The notes beneath the pieces were generated by a model that was given only the letters and a program-made list of their open reading frames with translations, had not been told where the DNA came from and did no database searches. Of a stretch of 64,000 bases of DNA, positions 49,398 to 58,938 are shown piece by piece (the stretch's first letter is position 1; each line of letters begins with the position of its first letter). A program made the translations under genes and the position numbers. Source of the stretch: an uncultured Candidatus Bathyarchaeia archaeon (GTDB lineage Archaea > Thermoproteota > CALKCG01 > B24 > JAWCPE01); contig CAYNFI010000001.1 in NCBI GenBank assembly GCA_964396445.1, forward strand, positions 30,971 to 94,970, in the 5' to 3' direction.

Positions 49398-49840
49398 GGC
49401 CATTTTTGACCGTAAGCCTTGGCCTGTAGAATGTCCCAGGTTACGTAGAATGAGATAACGAGGAGGGTTAAACCTATGAATAACGTTATGTGCGCGTACC
49501 TGGGCTTATAGATGTACCGCGTGCTTAGAAAGGATAGGAAAAGCCCTAGAATACCTATGATGTAAAGGGAAGCCACTACGTAGGCTTCACCGCTTGTCTG
49601 ATGGTCAAACCTCGGGTATGCGATGGAGACGACGTCTTGGCTCATGATCAACGCAAGCATGGTTTTCTCCAGTTGGATGTAAACGCCTCCGCCTAGGATG
49701 TAAATCGACAGTAGTATGAGGAGCATTCCAACAATGGCGGCGGGTGGCTTAGGAAACCTCGGGCTAGGTAAGCGGGCAAACCTGATCTTCCTCCCAAGCC
49801 GCGTCCGCTTAAGCCTATCCGTGAAGCCCTCGCGGTTCAA
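49394..49840 (-). CDS. OSTC/DC2-like (OST3/OST6 family) oligosaccharyltransferase accessory subunit
   Basis: Three TM helices with ILGGGVY, Q..GE....LY..G.LG and LFIG...ISF...K; divergent from aglB. Start is taken at TTG 49840. Confidence 0.7.
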   Translation of the reverse strand: MNREGFTDRLKRTRLGRKIRFARLPSPRFPKPPAAIVGMLLILLSIYILGGGVYIQLEKTMLALIMSQDVVSIAYPRFDHQTSGEAYVVASLYIIGILGLFLSFLSTRYIYKPRYAHITLFIGLTLLVISFYVTWDILQAKAYGQKWP

Positions 49841-49944
49841 CCCTACCCCCAAACCAACCTTAACTAAATAGTAGAAGCTTTTAAACTTAAATAACTCCTC
49901 CTCCTCTTCCAAGGAGGAGACGTTAAGCGCTGGGGGGTTAGCGT

Positions 49945-50109
49945 ATGCCTCAGAAGATTATATGCGATAAGTGTGAATACGTTCTCTACTATGGTGAAGA
50001 CCTTGTTGTACCAGAGGACCTCATCCGTCAAAACTCCAATCAATGCCCGAATTGCGGTAAGAAACTTGAGCTTGACCCTGGGCGAATCATAATAAGTATC
50101 TTACGGTAA
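49945..50109 (+). CDS. Small Zn-ribbon protein (54 aa, absent from the ORF track)
   Basis: MPQKIICDKCEYVLYYGEDLVVPEDLIRQNSNQCPNCGKKLELDPGRIIISILR*, with two CxxC pairs and a G-rich RBS. Confidence 0.8.
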   Translation: MPQKIICDKCEYVLYYGEDLVVPEDLIRQNSNQCPNCGKKLELDPGRIIISILR

Positions 50110-50155
50110 CTAGATAGGCTTTAAAGGTGGTGTTTAGCGTAGGGCTTAAACATTT

Positions 50156-52309
50156 TTGAGGCTGGTATGGTTGCAGAGACTTTTTAAAGCCGCTGGAAGC
50201 CTTCCCCGCTGGGCGTTAAGAGGGTTTAGAGAACTTAAACTAAATTTAAAGGCTTCAAAAGCGACTTTGGCTACATGCACCGCCTTAATCCTCATAAGCG
50301 TCACTGCCTTCGCCATACGTGTTCAGCCAGCCACTTATGGCGTATACCTCTACGAGTTTGACCCTTATCTACAGTACCGCGTCACAGATTACATTTTAAA
50401 GAACGGGTTCCCAGCGTTTTTTTCTTGGCATGACAGCATGAGTTGGTACCCGTATGGGAGAGATATGTTCCGCTCAGTTTACCCCGGTTTACCCCTGACC
50501 GGAGCCGTACTCTACCAGCTTCTTACAACCCTCGGTATCCAAATTTCCTTATGGGACTTCGTCTGCTATTTCCCTCCCTTCATGGGTATTATGACGTGTC
50601 TAGCCGTATATTTTCTAGGTAAGGACCTCGGTGGGAAGCAGGTTGGACTCCTCTCAGCCCTGTTCATCGCCATCAGCCCAGCTCATGTCAGTAGAACCTT
50701 CCTAGGCTGGTACGATGATGAAACCGTTGGAATCTTCACACTCGTTCTCATCTTTATCTTCTACCTAAGGTCCTTGGAGCCTGAGAAGCCTTGGTTGAAA
50801 TCCACGGCCTACGCGGTGGCGTCGGGGCTAGCCTTAGGCTACTTAGGGGCTTCATGGGGAACCCAGCGCTACGCATTCGGGTTAATCGCCTTATTCACCT
50901 TCACCATCCTCCTTTTCAAGTACTCCACTAGGCTCACCGTTTCCTACGGTATCACTATGGGGCTTGGGCTGTACATAACCGCCTTGGTTCCCATGGAGGG
51001 GCTCGGCTTCATCTCTGAACTCACCGCTATGGCGTCTTTAGGCATCTTAGTCCTCCTTCTCTTCAGGGAGTTCCTAGGGGTTTTTGAAACGCGTAGGGCT
51101 AAAGCCCTGTCCACAATCTTCTTCCTAACCGCTATCTCAGTGCTCGCCTTGACCCTTTGGAATGTGGGTTTAATCTCGGGGCTTCCGACAAAGTATCAAT
51201 CAGTTTTAGAACCCATCTTTAGGACACAGTTCCCCCTCATAGAGTCCGTTGGTGAGCATCGCCCCTCAACTTGGGCGAGCTTCTTCAACTCCCTAGGCGT
51301 CCTCGTGTTGTTAGCTCCCCTCTTCCTCTTCTTCGCCCTTCAAAAACCCACTGAGCGAACCGTTTTCACAGCGATTTACACCCTTACCTCGCTGTACTTC
51401 GCCGCTTCCTTCGCCCGTTTAGAGCTTCTTCTAGGTCCGGCTTTCTCAGTGGCAGGCAGCTATACGCTTGTGGAGATCCTTAAACCCTTCATCGACATCG
51501 TCAGGGCTAAGCCCCTCCTGCTACGGAGGAGGGCTCGGTTTGAGGGTAGGGTAAGCAGAGAGCTATGCGTAATCTTTTTAGTCGTCATCTTCATCATATC
51601 TGTTCTCCCCTTGGCCTATCTTGGAATTAGGACGGCTCAGACTCCCGCGTCGATCCTCTCGTCATCCGTACCCGTAAGGGCGGTATTCACGGATTGGATG
51701 CAGGCACTCACTTGGATACGGGATAACCTACCTGAAAACGCCGTTGTCATGGCTTGGTGGGACTACGGGTACTGGATCACGGTTCTCGGGAACAAGACAA
51801 CCCTCGCGGATAATGGAACCCTCAACTGGCAACAGATCGCCAACATCGGTCGCGCCTTCATCTCCACCGAGGAAGAGGCTTTACCGATCATGAAGAGTCG
51901 CAACGTCACGCACGTCGCTGTCTTCGTTGACTTCCGCAGCCACAGCCAATTAAGTGGGCAGCAGGGGTACGGGATTTACCAGGCTGGGGGCTACGGGGAA
52001 GAGAATAAGTTCATCTGGATGGTTAGGATCGCTAACGGTGAATTCGGGGGCTTCAACGAATCCGATTACATCGATGAGAATGGCTACCTCACACAGAAGT
52101 ACCAGGAATCCCTTATAGGGAGACTCATACCATACGATTTCGGTCTGTACCCAACCCAAACAGGGGGGTACATCCCCTACTACACCGGTCCATCATATCA
52201 CACCCTAGACCATCTAAAGCTTGTCTTCGTATCCAACAGCATCGCCAAAGGAGGCACTGATGGATGGTGGTACGGCGGCGTCGTCATCTACGAAGTCGAT
52301 TACCCGTAA
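50156..52309 (+). CDS. aglB: Oligosaccharyltransferase AglB/STT3
   Basis: EFDPY, GWYDDE, SVGEH, WWDYGYW, TLADN and many TM helices. Confidence 0.96.
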   Translation: MRLVWLQRLFKAAGSLPRWALRGFRELKLNLKASKATLATCTALILISVTAFAIRVQPATYGVYLYEFDPYLQYRVTDYILKNGFPAFFSWHDSMSWYPYGRDMFRSVYPGLPLTGAVLYQLLTTLGIQISLWDFVCYFPPFMGIMTCLAVYFLGKDLGGKQVGLLSALFIAISPAHVSRTFLGWYDDETVGIFTLVLIFIFYLRSLEPEKPWLKSTAYAVASGLALGYLGASWGTQRYAFGLIALFTFTILLFKYSTRLTVSYGITMGLGLYITALVPMEGLGFISELTAMASLGILVLLLFREFLGVFETRRAKALSTIFFLTAISVLALTLWNVGLISGLPTKYQSVLEPIFRTQFPLIESVGEHRPSTWASFFNSLGVLVLLAPLFLFFALQKPTERTVFTAIYTLTSLYFAASFARLELLLGPAFSVAGSYTLVEILKPFIDIVRAKPLLLRRRARFEGRVSRELCVIFLVVIFIISVLPLAYLGIRTAQTPASILSSSVPVRAVFTDWMQALTWIRDNLPENAVVMAWWDYGYWITVLGNKTTLADNGTLNWQQIANIGRAFISTEEEALPIMKSRNVTHVAVFVDFRSHSQLSGQQGYGIYQAGGYGEENKFIWMVRIANGEFGGFNESDYIDENGYLTQKYQESLIGRLIPYDFGLYPTQTGGYIPYYTGPSYHTLDHLKLVFVSNSIAKGGTDGWWYGGVVIYEVDYP

Positions 52310-52457
52310 CCCGCTAATTGAAAGCCCTTTTACCAACTCTTCCTATATCCTCGAATACAATTTTGAAGAATATAAAATCCCTTAGCATAAACCCCTCATG
52401 GTTAATGCTTATCGCAGCGATAACGACTGAGGTGTGGCTTCTAACCCTCGAAGATAG

Positions 52458-53123
52458 TCAACCAATGCTCCACGTACTTAGGAGTTGGGGAAGCTTGGAA
52501 ATATCCTTGATAACCTTTGTAGGCCTCGCTTCCATAAGCTCTTCAAGGCTTTGAACACCTGTGAGAACCGCTATTGTAGGCATGCCGGCTCCTTTTCCCG
52601 CCAAGATATCGTAAACGCTATCGCCGACTGCGATACAACGTTGAGGGTTTAAACCCATCGTCGCCGCGGCTTTCAACATCATCTCCGGGTGGGGTTTCCC
52701 ATGTTCCACATCGTCCATTGAAACAACGGCGTCAACGTAGGGCATCAAGTTGAAGAACAGCAGCGTCTGCTCAACAACCGGTCTGGGGTTGGATGAAGCC
52801 ACCGCGCAGTCGTAACCCATTGCCTTAACTTTCTTAAGGGCTTTATTGGCTCCGGGAACCAGTTGGCTTTGAAGGATGCCTTCCCACTGGAAGAGCTTGT
52901 CCTTCAAGAGCGCGCATGCCTCAGCATCTTCCCTTGAAGCCCCAGGCATCAAAGCCTCCGCGATTCCAGCCGATGTTTTTCCCAACTGCCTTCGAACCTC
53001 TTCATCGCTCCGCTTGACCCCGAAGGACTTCAAAGCTTTTTTCCAAACCGATACATGAGCCTTAGAGGAATCGATCAACGTCCCGTCCAAGTCCACTATT
53101 ATCCCCCTTCCCACAGTGTCCAC
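52458..53123 (-). CDS. HAD family phosphatase
   Basis: DLDGTLID, KPHP and GDSVYD. Confidence 0.92.
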   Translation of the reverse strand: MDTVGRGIIVDLDGTLIDSSKAHVSVWKKALKSFGVKRSDEEVRRQLGKTSAGIAEALMPGASREDAEACALLKDKLFQWEGILQSQLVPGANKALKKVKAMGYDCAVASSNPRPVVEQTLLFFNLMPYVDAVVSMDDVEHGKPHPEMMLKAAATMGLNPQRCIAVGDSVYDILAGKGAGMPTIAVLTGVQSLEELMEARPTKVIKDISKLPQLLSTWSIG

Positions 53124-53312
53124 AGCCCCCTAAACATTAGAGAGGTAAGTGAAACCATTTTAACCATTAATGGATTAGTTTAACGGTTAACCCGTGTGAG
53201 TCTCTGGTATACAAGGTTACGGTAACGTTGAGATACTAAATTGACGGTTTAGCTAAGCCGTCTGCGAGGTAAGCAAGCATCATGTGATAAAAATAATCGC
53301 GGTTTTTAACAC

Positions 53313-53876
53313 CTATTCTTCCCCGGTTTCCAGCTTTAACGCCGCTCCCTGCTTGATGAGGGCTTCAGCGTTTTCTATGGGAAGCAGAGCCACGTCCTCT
53401 GGTTTAAAGGGACCATAGGCTCGCATATCCGCTCCTATTATAGTGGGGGTTTCTTTTAGGAATCGGATGAGCGCCATCGTCGGCGTAGATGATGCGATAT
53501 CGGTGCCTATGCGTGGTCCCCTTCCCTCCGTGATGTCTTCAACCATCTTAACATAGGATTTTGTGAGGTGGCTGAGGTTAGAGTGGAGGCTTTCCTCCTC
53601 CAATGTTAGCCTGTCTACCGGGATCTCTTCCCCTTTGAGGAGTCCTGTAACAAGCTTCGTAAGCCTTAGATCGAGGAGTTCCTTGGTAAGTCTCCGCGTG
53701 TTTCCGAGTTCAGCGGTGAGGATTCTACCCCTTAGAGACCGTTCATCCGTAGCCCTGACCTCTTCTAGGAGGGTTTTCATGAAATAGCTTAACTCCGTGT
53801 AGAAACCCTTCGGAAGTTGTTGAATCTCTCTGCCATCTCCCTCGTTCTTCCAAGCCTGAAAAAGCCTATCATACAT
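53313..53876 (-). CDS. GINS complex subunit Gins51 (Gins15)
   Basis: IQQLPKGFY, RLTK, LTLEE, and B-domain IGADMRAYGPFKPEDVALLPIENA; directly downstream of priS. Confidence 0.9.
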   Translation of the reverse strand: MYDRLFQAWKNEGDGREIQQLPKGFYTELSYFMKTLLEEVRATDERSLRGRILTAELGNTRRLTKELLDLRLTKLVTGLLKGEEIPVDRLTLEEESLHSNLSHLTKSYVKMVEDITEGRGPRIGTDIASSTPTMALIRFLKETPTIIGADMRAYGPFKPEDVALLPIENAEALIKQGAALKLETGEE

Positions 53877-53898
53877 AGGTTTTTACCTCACCTACGCA

Positions 53899-55122
53899 TC
53901 AGCTTAGAGTCGCCACTCCTTTACAGAGGAGGAGCATAGCCGCTGCCGTAGGCAACTCCTCATCCTCATCCGTGTAAGGTCCATAGTGAACGTCTCCGAG
54001 GCGGAAAGGGTACGCGTATTCGATGTGAAGCCTCACCGTGCCATTGGTGAAGGCTATTGAAGCTTTTAAGGGGTCGAAGCCTTCCAGTCCCCACGGTGCT
54101 ACAGAGGTTTTCGAAAGCCCTGTTTTCCCGTGGAGTGTGCCTCCGAGCCTTATGAGGCGGTGTACATCCGTTGTGACGACTGTGTCGACGAGAGCTGATT
54201 GTCTCTCAACGGCTTTAAGGCATAGCTTCTCCCAGGCTTTAAAACCCATACCCTTAACCATCCCCCATGGGTTGCCTTCCCACCAAGTTTTCAGAAGCTC
54301 ATCCTTGTACTTTACGAGGGTATCCGCGATGTTCCTCCTCAATCCAAGCTCTGCGAGGGTTCCATCTGAAGCCGTTAGGAGGGTTTCGTAAACGCCCTTC
54401 ATAAGCCTCGTCCTCCACCCGCCTTCTTCAAGCCTAGGCCCAGACTCTCCTTTAAGCCCGTGGTACATCGGTTTTAAACCCATGCCTAGGACGTAGTCAA
54501 CGATCTCCTTCCTCGCCATTTGGTCGAGGTCCTTCACGGAGGGGCTTTCCACATGTACATGGTAGCCTCTATGCCCGCTAAAGTAGACCTGAATCTCCTG
54601 AGGTGAGAAACCGAGGTCTTCTCCGAGAATGTCGATAAGCTTTAAGGTTTCACCTTTAGCAGCTTCAAGGCATCGTTCACAGAACCAAGGCTCTTCCTTA
54701 AACCTCTGAGAGCCGCAGCTGGGGCAGTTCTCCGGAGACGTACCCTTACCCACGCTTTGACAGTCTAGGCAGGTCCAGCGGTCGTGGTCGCGTTTACAAT
54801 CTGTGGGTATATGGTCTGCGTCGATGTCGAAGCAGAGGTCTGCGCCAAGCCAACCCTTCCGCTCCATATCCTCCGTCGGTCTTTCATAGTAGGCGGAGGA
54901 GTAGTAGCAGTCAGATGGGTTTGTTAACTGTATGAATCGGATGAGGTCTTGGAAATCTGGAAAACCCTTATGACGGACCATAACCCTTTCCTTAAGGGTT
55001 AGGAAGCCAAACTCCCTCTGGGTTAGATTCTTAGGCGCCACAACTGAGTCTCCATGCTTCCTATAGTATTCAGAGAACTTTTTTTGAATGAAGAGAACGT
55101 TCTTCCCAACGGCGACGCTCAA
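53899..55122 (-). CDS. priS: DNA primase small (catalytic) subunit
   Basis: REFGF, YYSSAYY, DLCFDIDAD, FSGHRGYH and D..VT.D..RLIRL.GTLHGKTG. Confidence 0.96.
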   Translation of the reverse strand: MSVAVGKNVLFIQKKFSEYYRKHGDSVVAPKNLTQREFGFLTLKERVMVRHKGFPDFQDLIRFIQLTNPSDCYYSSAYYERPTEDMERKGWLGADLCFDIDADHIPTDCKRDHDRWTCLDCQSVGKGTSPENCPSCGSQRFKEEPWFCERCLEAAKGETLKLIDILGEDLGFSPQEIQVYFSGHRGYHVHVESPSVKDLDQMARKEIVDYVLGMGLKPMYHGLKGESGPRLEEGGWRTRLMKGVYETLLTASDGTLAELGLRRNIADTLVKYKDELLKTWWEGNPWGMVKGMGFKAWEKLCLKAVERQSALVDTVVTTDVHRLIRLGGTLHGKTGLSKTSVAPWGLEGFDPLKASIAFTNGTVRLHIEYAYPFRLGDVHYGPYTDEDEELPTAAAMLLLCKGVATLS

Positions 55123-55484
55123 CTACTACGCCTTCCCAAGTAGAGGACTTAAACACCCGTTATAAGTATGCGCACAGTGATAAAAACTAGATTGTTTTAC
55201 CGTCTCGCTTATGATAAACACAATCTTCAGATACGCCATATAAAAATATTCACGGTGAAGACTATGAAACCTGCTCTAATAATCCCGACCATGATTAAAA
55301 CCTAAAGCTAATCCTTTAAGCTATTAGACTTAACTATGACCACATGTCCCTTGTTATCCATTGAAACACCATTTCACTATTTTAAGCCTTCTAAGTCCCA
55401 GTATTTATTACAATCAGTTACTTGCAAGTAACCACTTACCAGATGAACTTAAATGCTACTTAACCCCCCTCTTGTTCGATTTAT

Positions 55485-58040
55485 ATGAGGCTTAAAAAGA
55501 TGTTTCTCTTGCTGTTTCTTTTTTCGACGTTGTTGGTCACATATATGCCTTCCAAGGCTTCAGCGGGGGTTTTTATAGGTTTAACAACCGTAACGCTGTA
55601 CGCGATGGCTGATGCTTATGTAAACGCAACAGACCCTTACACCAATTATGGTAACGTCACTTCCCTAGAGTTGGGCCTCAGCGAAGGGGAGCATCGAAGA
55701 TACGCTTACATTACGTTCAACTTGTCCACCATTCCATCCGATGCTACTATAATCTCAGGTGAACTCGCCGTTTATCTTTCCTCTATATCAGGATACGTAG
55801 CCTCAATCGGAGTCCACCGTTGCGCTGACATCTCTTGGGAGGAACGTGAGGTCACTTGGAGTAACAAACCGGGATTCACAGCGGAGGCTACAGACAGCGT
55901 TTACTTTGGTACGTTGGTTATAGTGAACCGTCGCTACTATTGGAATGTAACCGCCGATGTGCAGGACGCTTTAAACATTGGGAGATTGACGGAGGTTCTC
56001 AAGTTTGAGTGGTCAGACAAGCATACTTACGCCTCTTTCCGATCTAGGGAAACTACCTCCGCTCCCTACCTGAAAATCGAGTATATCACCCCACCCGTCT
56101 ACGATGTCCATGTAGACTCAGTTCAGGACACGGGTGTAACATCTAACCTAGGAACCATCGCCATAGGGGATGCCGTTTTAGAACTTCCACAGGACATGGT
56201 TGCCAAACGAGGAAGCTATCAATTGGCATACAACAGCGGCTACATCTTCCTCAGATGGGAGACAAGCGGGGGTGTAAGCGTCTCCGATGTCTACGCTCAA
56301 AACACAACCGTCTTTGTTCTGGGGTCAGGCACACTTAGGGCTGTTGGAAATGCGCGGTTGATTGAGTATTTCTACGATGATGGTGCATATGATATGTCAA
56401 GTTACGGTAAACAAGGTGAAATACAGGCGATCAGGATCACGCCGTTGCTTTCAGACAAACTCGTCATCGCACGCTTTTATTTTACCTCCGTTTCGCCAAC
56501 GACGCCGTTCAAGGTCCACGTCATGGACGGTGACCGGAGAGACTTGATTGCCCCGTTTAACCAAACACCTACAGTTAAGGGTTGGTTTGACATCGACCTA
56601 TCAGGTTATGGTCTAACTGTGAACGCTGGAACCGACTTCTACATCGGGGTAGAATGGACAACTGACTATTCTCCCCAACTTGGATATGACCAGAGCAGCC
56701 CTAACAATCGAAGCTGGTATTGGGATGGAACAACGTGGAAAACCAACACGTATCAGGACTATATGATAAGAGCCATTGTGGGGACGCCTAGAGCCTCGAG
56801 TACCATCTCATGCTCCACCTCACCAACCTCCATCGTTATAGGTTCAAACGTCACAGTTTCAGGCTTAGTCAACCCAGTCCACAGCGGAGCCAAGGTCACG
56901 TTGACGTTTACAAGACCAGACAGCGTCGTTGTTAAGAGGACTGTAACACCTTCAGTTACGGGAGAGTACAACTTTACTTATACACCGGATAGAGCGGGTT
57001 TATGGAAAGTGAAGGCTGACTGGTCTGGCGATGAGGACCATAATGGCGCCATGAGCCCTGCAGCCTCATTCACCGTAAGCAAAGCCTCGAGTTCCATCTC
57101 ATGCAGTCTCTCCTCATCCACCATCCTATTAGGAGAAACCGTTAACATCAGCGGGTCGATTTCACCAACCCACCCAAATCTAACTGTTTACATACGGTAC
57201 AGTAGGGATGGGGGAACATGGGATACCGTCACAACCACTACGGATTCTATGGGCGTCTACTCATACACATGGGCTCCGAGAGTAGGGTCTTACAGCGTCC
57301 GGTCCTACTGGGATGGTGACGCGGACCACAATGGGTCTACAAGCCTTGAGCAATCTATCAAGGTCCTTAAAAACGCCTCAACCATAACCTGCACCCTTAA
57401 CCCGGAAACAATAACCATCGGCGCGTCCACCACGATCTCAGGTATCATATCCCCATCCCATACAGCCTCAGTTACCGTACGGTACAGCAAGGATGGTGGG
57501 ATCACTTGGATAACCATAACCGCTACAACTTCCCAACAAAATGGAAGCTACTCCTATGCTTGGAAGCCTACACTCGGCACCTATCAGGTGAAAGCCTCAT
57601 GGCTCGGCGACGCGGAGCATGAGGGAGCTGAAAGCCAGATTCAGACATTAACCGTGGCTAAGGCTTCGAGTACTATCTCATGCTCCGTCTCTCCTGAGAA
57701 GGTTAAGAAAAATGAGGCGGTTACGGTTTTAGGCTCGATTTCCCCTGTGCATGCTGGTGTAAGCTTAACTTTAACCTATAAAAGACCAGATGGTTCAACT
57801 TTTACGCGCACATTGGCGACAACCGCTACTGGGACGTTCAACGAAATGTATAAACCAGAAACCACCGGTTCATGGAGTGTAACGGCTAGGTGGGAAGGTG
57901 ATCAAGACCATAGCCCAGCTACAAGCACAGCGTTCACGTTCGTCGTGGAAGAAGATTTTCCAATCTTACCGATTGCCATTGCCTTGATAGCCGTTGCAGC
58001 CGTAATCCTCTACTTCCTCCTAAAGCGGGGGAGAGGCTAA
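55485..58040 (+). CDS. Cell-surface protein: signal peptide, DNRLRE/CBM96-like domain, four Ig-like repeats and C-terminal TM anchor
   Basis: ADAYV...NYG, VTWSNKP, FRSRE...PYL; four repeats ASS.ISC...W.GD.DH; C-terminal hydrophobic helix plus KR. Confidence 0.8.
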   Translation: MRLKKMFLLLFLFSTLLVTYMPSKASAGVFIGLTTVTLYAMADAYVNATDPYTNYGNVTSLELGLSEGEHRRYAYITFNLSTIPSDATIISGELAVYLSSISGYVASIGVHRCADISWEEREVTWSNKPGFTAEATDSVYFGTLVIVNRRYYWNVTADVQDALNIGRLTEVLKFEWSDKHTYASFRSRETTSAPYLKIEYITPPVYDVHVDSVQDTGVTSNLGTIAIGDAVLELPQDMVAKRGSYQLAYNSGYIFLRWETSGGVSVSDVYAQNTTVFVLGSGTLRAVGNARLIEYFYDDGAYDMSSYGKQGEIQAIRITPLLSDKLVIARFYFTSVSPTTPFKVHVMDGDRRDLIAPFNQTPTVKGWFDIDLSGYGLTVNAGTDFYIGVEWTTDYSPQLGYDQSSPNNRSWYWDGTTWKTNTYQDYMIRAIVGTPRASSTISCSTSPTSIVIGSNVTVSGLVNPVHSGAKVTLTFTRPDSVVVKRTVTPSVTGEYNFTYTPDRAGLWKVKADWSGDEDHNGAMSPAASFTVSKASSSISCSLSSSTILLGETVNISGSISPTHPNLTVYIRYSRDGGTWDTVTTTTDSMGVYSYTWAPRVGSYSVRSYWDGDADHNGSTSLEQSIKVLKNASTITCTLNPETITIGASTTISGIISPSHTASVTVRYSKDGGITWITITATTSQQNGSYSYAWKPTLGTYQVKASWLGDAEHEGAESQIQTLTVAKASSTISCSVSPEKVKKNEAVTVLGSISPVHAGVSLTLTYKRPDGSTFTRTLATTATGTFNEMYKPETTGSWSVTARWEGDQDHSPATSTAFTFVVEEDFPILPIAIALIAVAAVILYFLLKRGRG
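56790..57950 (+). repeat. Four roughly 290-bp intragenic Ig-like domain repeats
   Basis: Repeat starts resembling GCCTCGAGTACCATCTCATGC near 56793, 57084, 57375 and 57663. Confidence 0.75.
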
Positions 58041-58095
58041 GAGATTAGGAATCATTTACAGAAATGACTTGTGCATACAGAACGGTTCCTACACT

Positions 58096-58860
58096 TCACG
58101 GTTTTAAGCTGTACAGCGTCGCTTCTCTCCATAAGTATGCGAAGTATTCCTTCGCTAATCGCACTAATCCGCTGTGCTCCGCCCATATAGCTGCGCTGGG
58201 TTTACCCCCCTCTTCACCGACTAGTAGGATCGCTTCTCTACCGTCAGATATGGCTCCTCCTCCGAACATCTGGTCTCTAATACGGACCTCAGCTAGGTTA
58301 CTAAGCGAATTGAGGTTCCCATCTTCACCCATGGTTGTCATAACCATGATCCTCACCCCTCTTACCTTTAACTGTGTAAGTTTTGGGCTTAGGTTCTCGA
58401 TCAAAGCCCTAGTTGAGGCGGGTACGGCGATCAGAAGCTCATCCTTTGAGTTTAAGGCGAGTTCGAAGAACCTTGAAAGTATGTTGTATTCACCGTGGAT
58501 AATCCAGATGTCAGGTTTCTCCCTAACCTCCCGTTTCTCATACATGGGCTGAAGCTCAGCCATAACGGCTTTCTCAGCCTCCTGAACCTCAGCCTCCGCC
58601 TTCAAGAGGCTCGTCCTCACTGCGGTTTCAGGTGGTATCGGGTAGTACTTCGCCGGTCTCTCCCTGCTGCTCTCGATCCAGCCCTTAGCCTCCAACCTAC
58701 CGAGAACCTCGTAGACCTTTGAGTAAGGGATATCCCCGGCTTCACAGACCTCCTTCGCCGTCATGTCACCGTGTTTCAGCAACGCGAGATAGGCTTTCCG
58801 CTCATACATGGATAAGCCGAGTCTCGCCAAAGCTTCTTCCACACGCCTACTTATCTCCAA
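58096..58860 (-). CDS. TrmB family transcriptional regulator
   Basis: LGLSMYERKAYLALL, IPYSKVYEVL..LE.KGW, RPAKY and FGGGAISDG. Confidence 0.92.
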   Translation of the reverse strand: MEISRRVEEALARLGLSMYERKAYLALLKHGDMTAKEVCEAGDIPYSKVYEVLGRLEAKGWIESSRERPAKYYPIPPETAVRTSLLKAEAEVQEAEKAVMAELQPMYEKREVREKPDIWIIHGEYNILSRFFELALNSKDELLIAVPASTRALIENLSPKLTQLKVRGVRIMVMTTMGEDGNLNSLSNLAEVRIRDQMFGGGAISDGREAILLVGEEGGKPSAAIWAEHSGLVRLAKEYFAYLWREATLYSLKP

Positions 58861-58938
58861 GGTTTTCCACCTTTTCACCAGATAAATTGTCTGGAAATCT
58901 TTAAATCTCAACCTTAGCGGATTAACTTACACCTTTCA

